Positions 63,833 to 64,000 of a stretch of DNA of 64,000 bases are shown here, in pieces. Location of the stretch: NCBI GenBank assembly GCA_963765025.1, contig CAVXVM010000106.1, forward strand, positions 49,017 to 113,016, in the 5' to 3' direction. The notes beneath the pieces were generated by a model. It worked only from the letters and a program-made list of their open reading frames with translations. It was not told the DNA's origin and did no database searches. The stretch comes from an uncultured Acidobacteriaceae bacterium (GTDB lineage Bacteria > Acidobacteriota > Terriglobia > Terriglobales > Acidobacteriaceae). The position numbers and the translations under genes are program-made. How positions within the stretch are numbered: position 1 is the stretch's first letter; each line of letters begins with the position of its first letter.

Positions 63833-64000
63833 CAGATTTTGCAGATTGGTCCATTTTCACGGGACCAATCTTGCCGTTTTAGAAATTAGGGCGTGTGTCA
63901 CTAACTCTGATGAAATAATAGTTAATGGAGGTCACTGCGGGGCAGCACTAAAAGTCAAGGATAGCCTGCCGATTCAGCGCGGGAATGTGAAGCTGTAGAA

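Overview
This 64-kb chromosomal segment is GC-rich. It probably comes from a Terriglobia-type Acidobacteriota genome. That is an inference from two >1100-aa CarboxypepD_reg-type TonB-dependent receptors, SusD-less glycan loci with Tat-exported hydrolases, and hairpin repeats of the '...SLRMTG' kind. No rRNA or CRISPR is present. Contents, left to right:

1. An MFS exporter and a frameshifted GH2 hydrolase (110-3355).
2. A repeat-rich accessory patch (3.4-9 kb). It holds heptamer microsatellites flanking a small HTH gene, a NotI-family type II R-M pair, an array of modular hairpin elements, and a second heptamer array.
3. A methylmalonyl-CoA pathway operon (9.3-18.8 kb): carboxyltransferase, small ORF, biotin carrier, epimerase, mutA, mutB, meaB, ackA. 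Four tandem 90-bp repeats sit between mutA and mutB.
4. tRNA-Lys(CTT) with a small integrated element (19-22.4 kb): integrase, GNAT-toxin/antitoxin pair, excisionase, and a transposase remnant.
5. A glycan/amino-sugar locus (22.5-33.6 kb): ROK kinase, APC permease, GH38-like protein and TonB-dependent receptor. Its LacI regulator and SIS-domain gene are decayed.
6. An AraC-linked operon (33.6-40.3 kb): galM, a three-domain desaturase-Rieske-FNR fusion, a TIM-barrel isomerase-like protein and a sugar porter.
7. A corrinoid-dependent MtaB/MtaC-type methanol methyltransferase operon (40.4-46.7 kb, minus strand). It also encodes a RACo activator, DUF1638, a URO-D-type methyltransferase and a DUF6580-like membrane protein. 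I rank this the most interesting system in the window.
8. A large SusD-less glycan utilisation operon (47.3-62.2 kb, minus strand).
9. A disrupted membrane-protein gene at the right edge.

Several genes carry frameshifts or premature stops. Whether these are real decay or assembly indels cannot be settled from the sequence alone.
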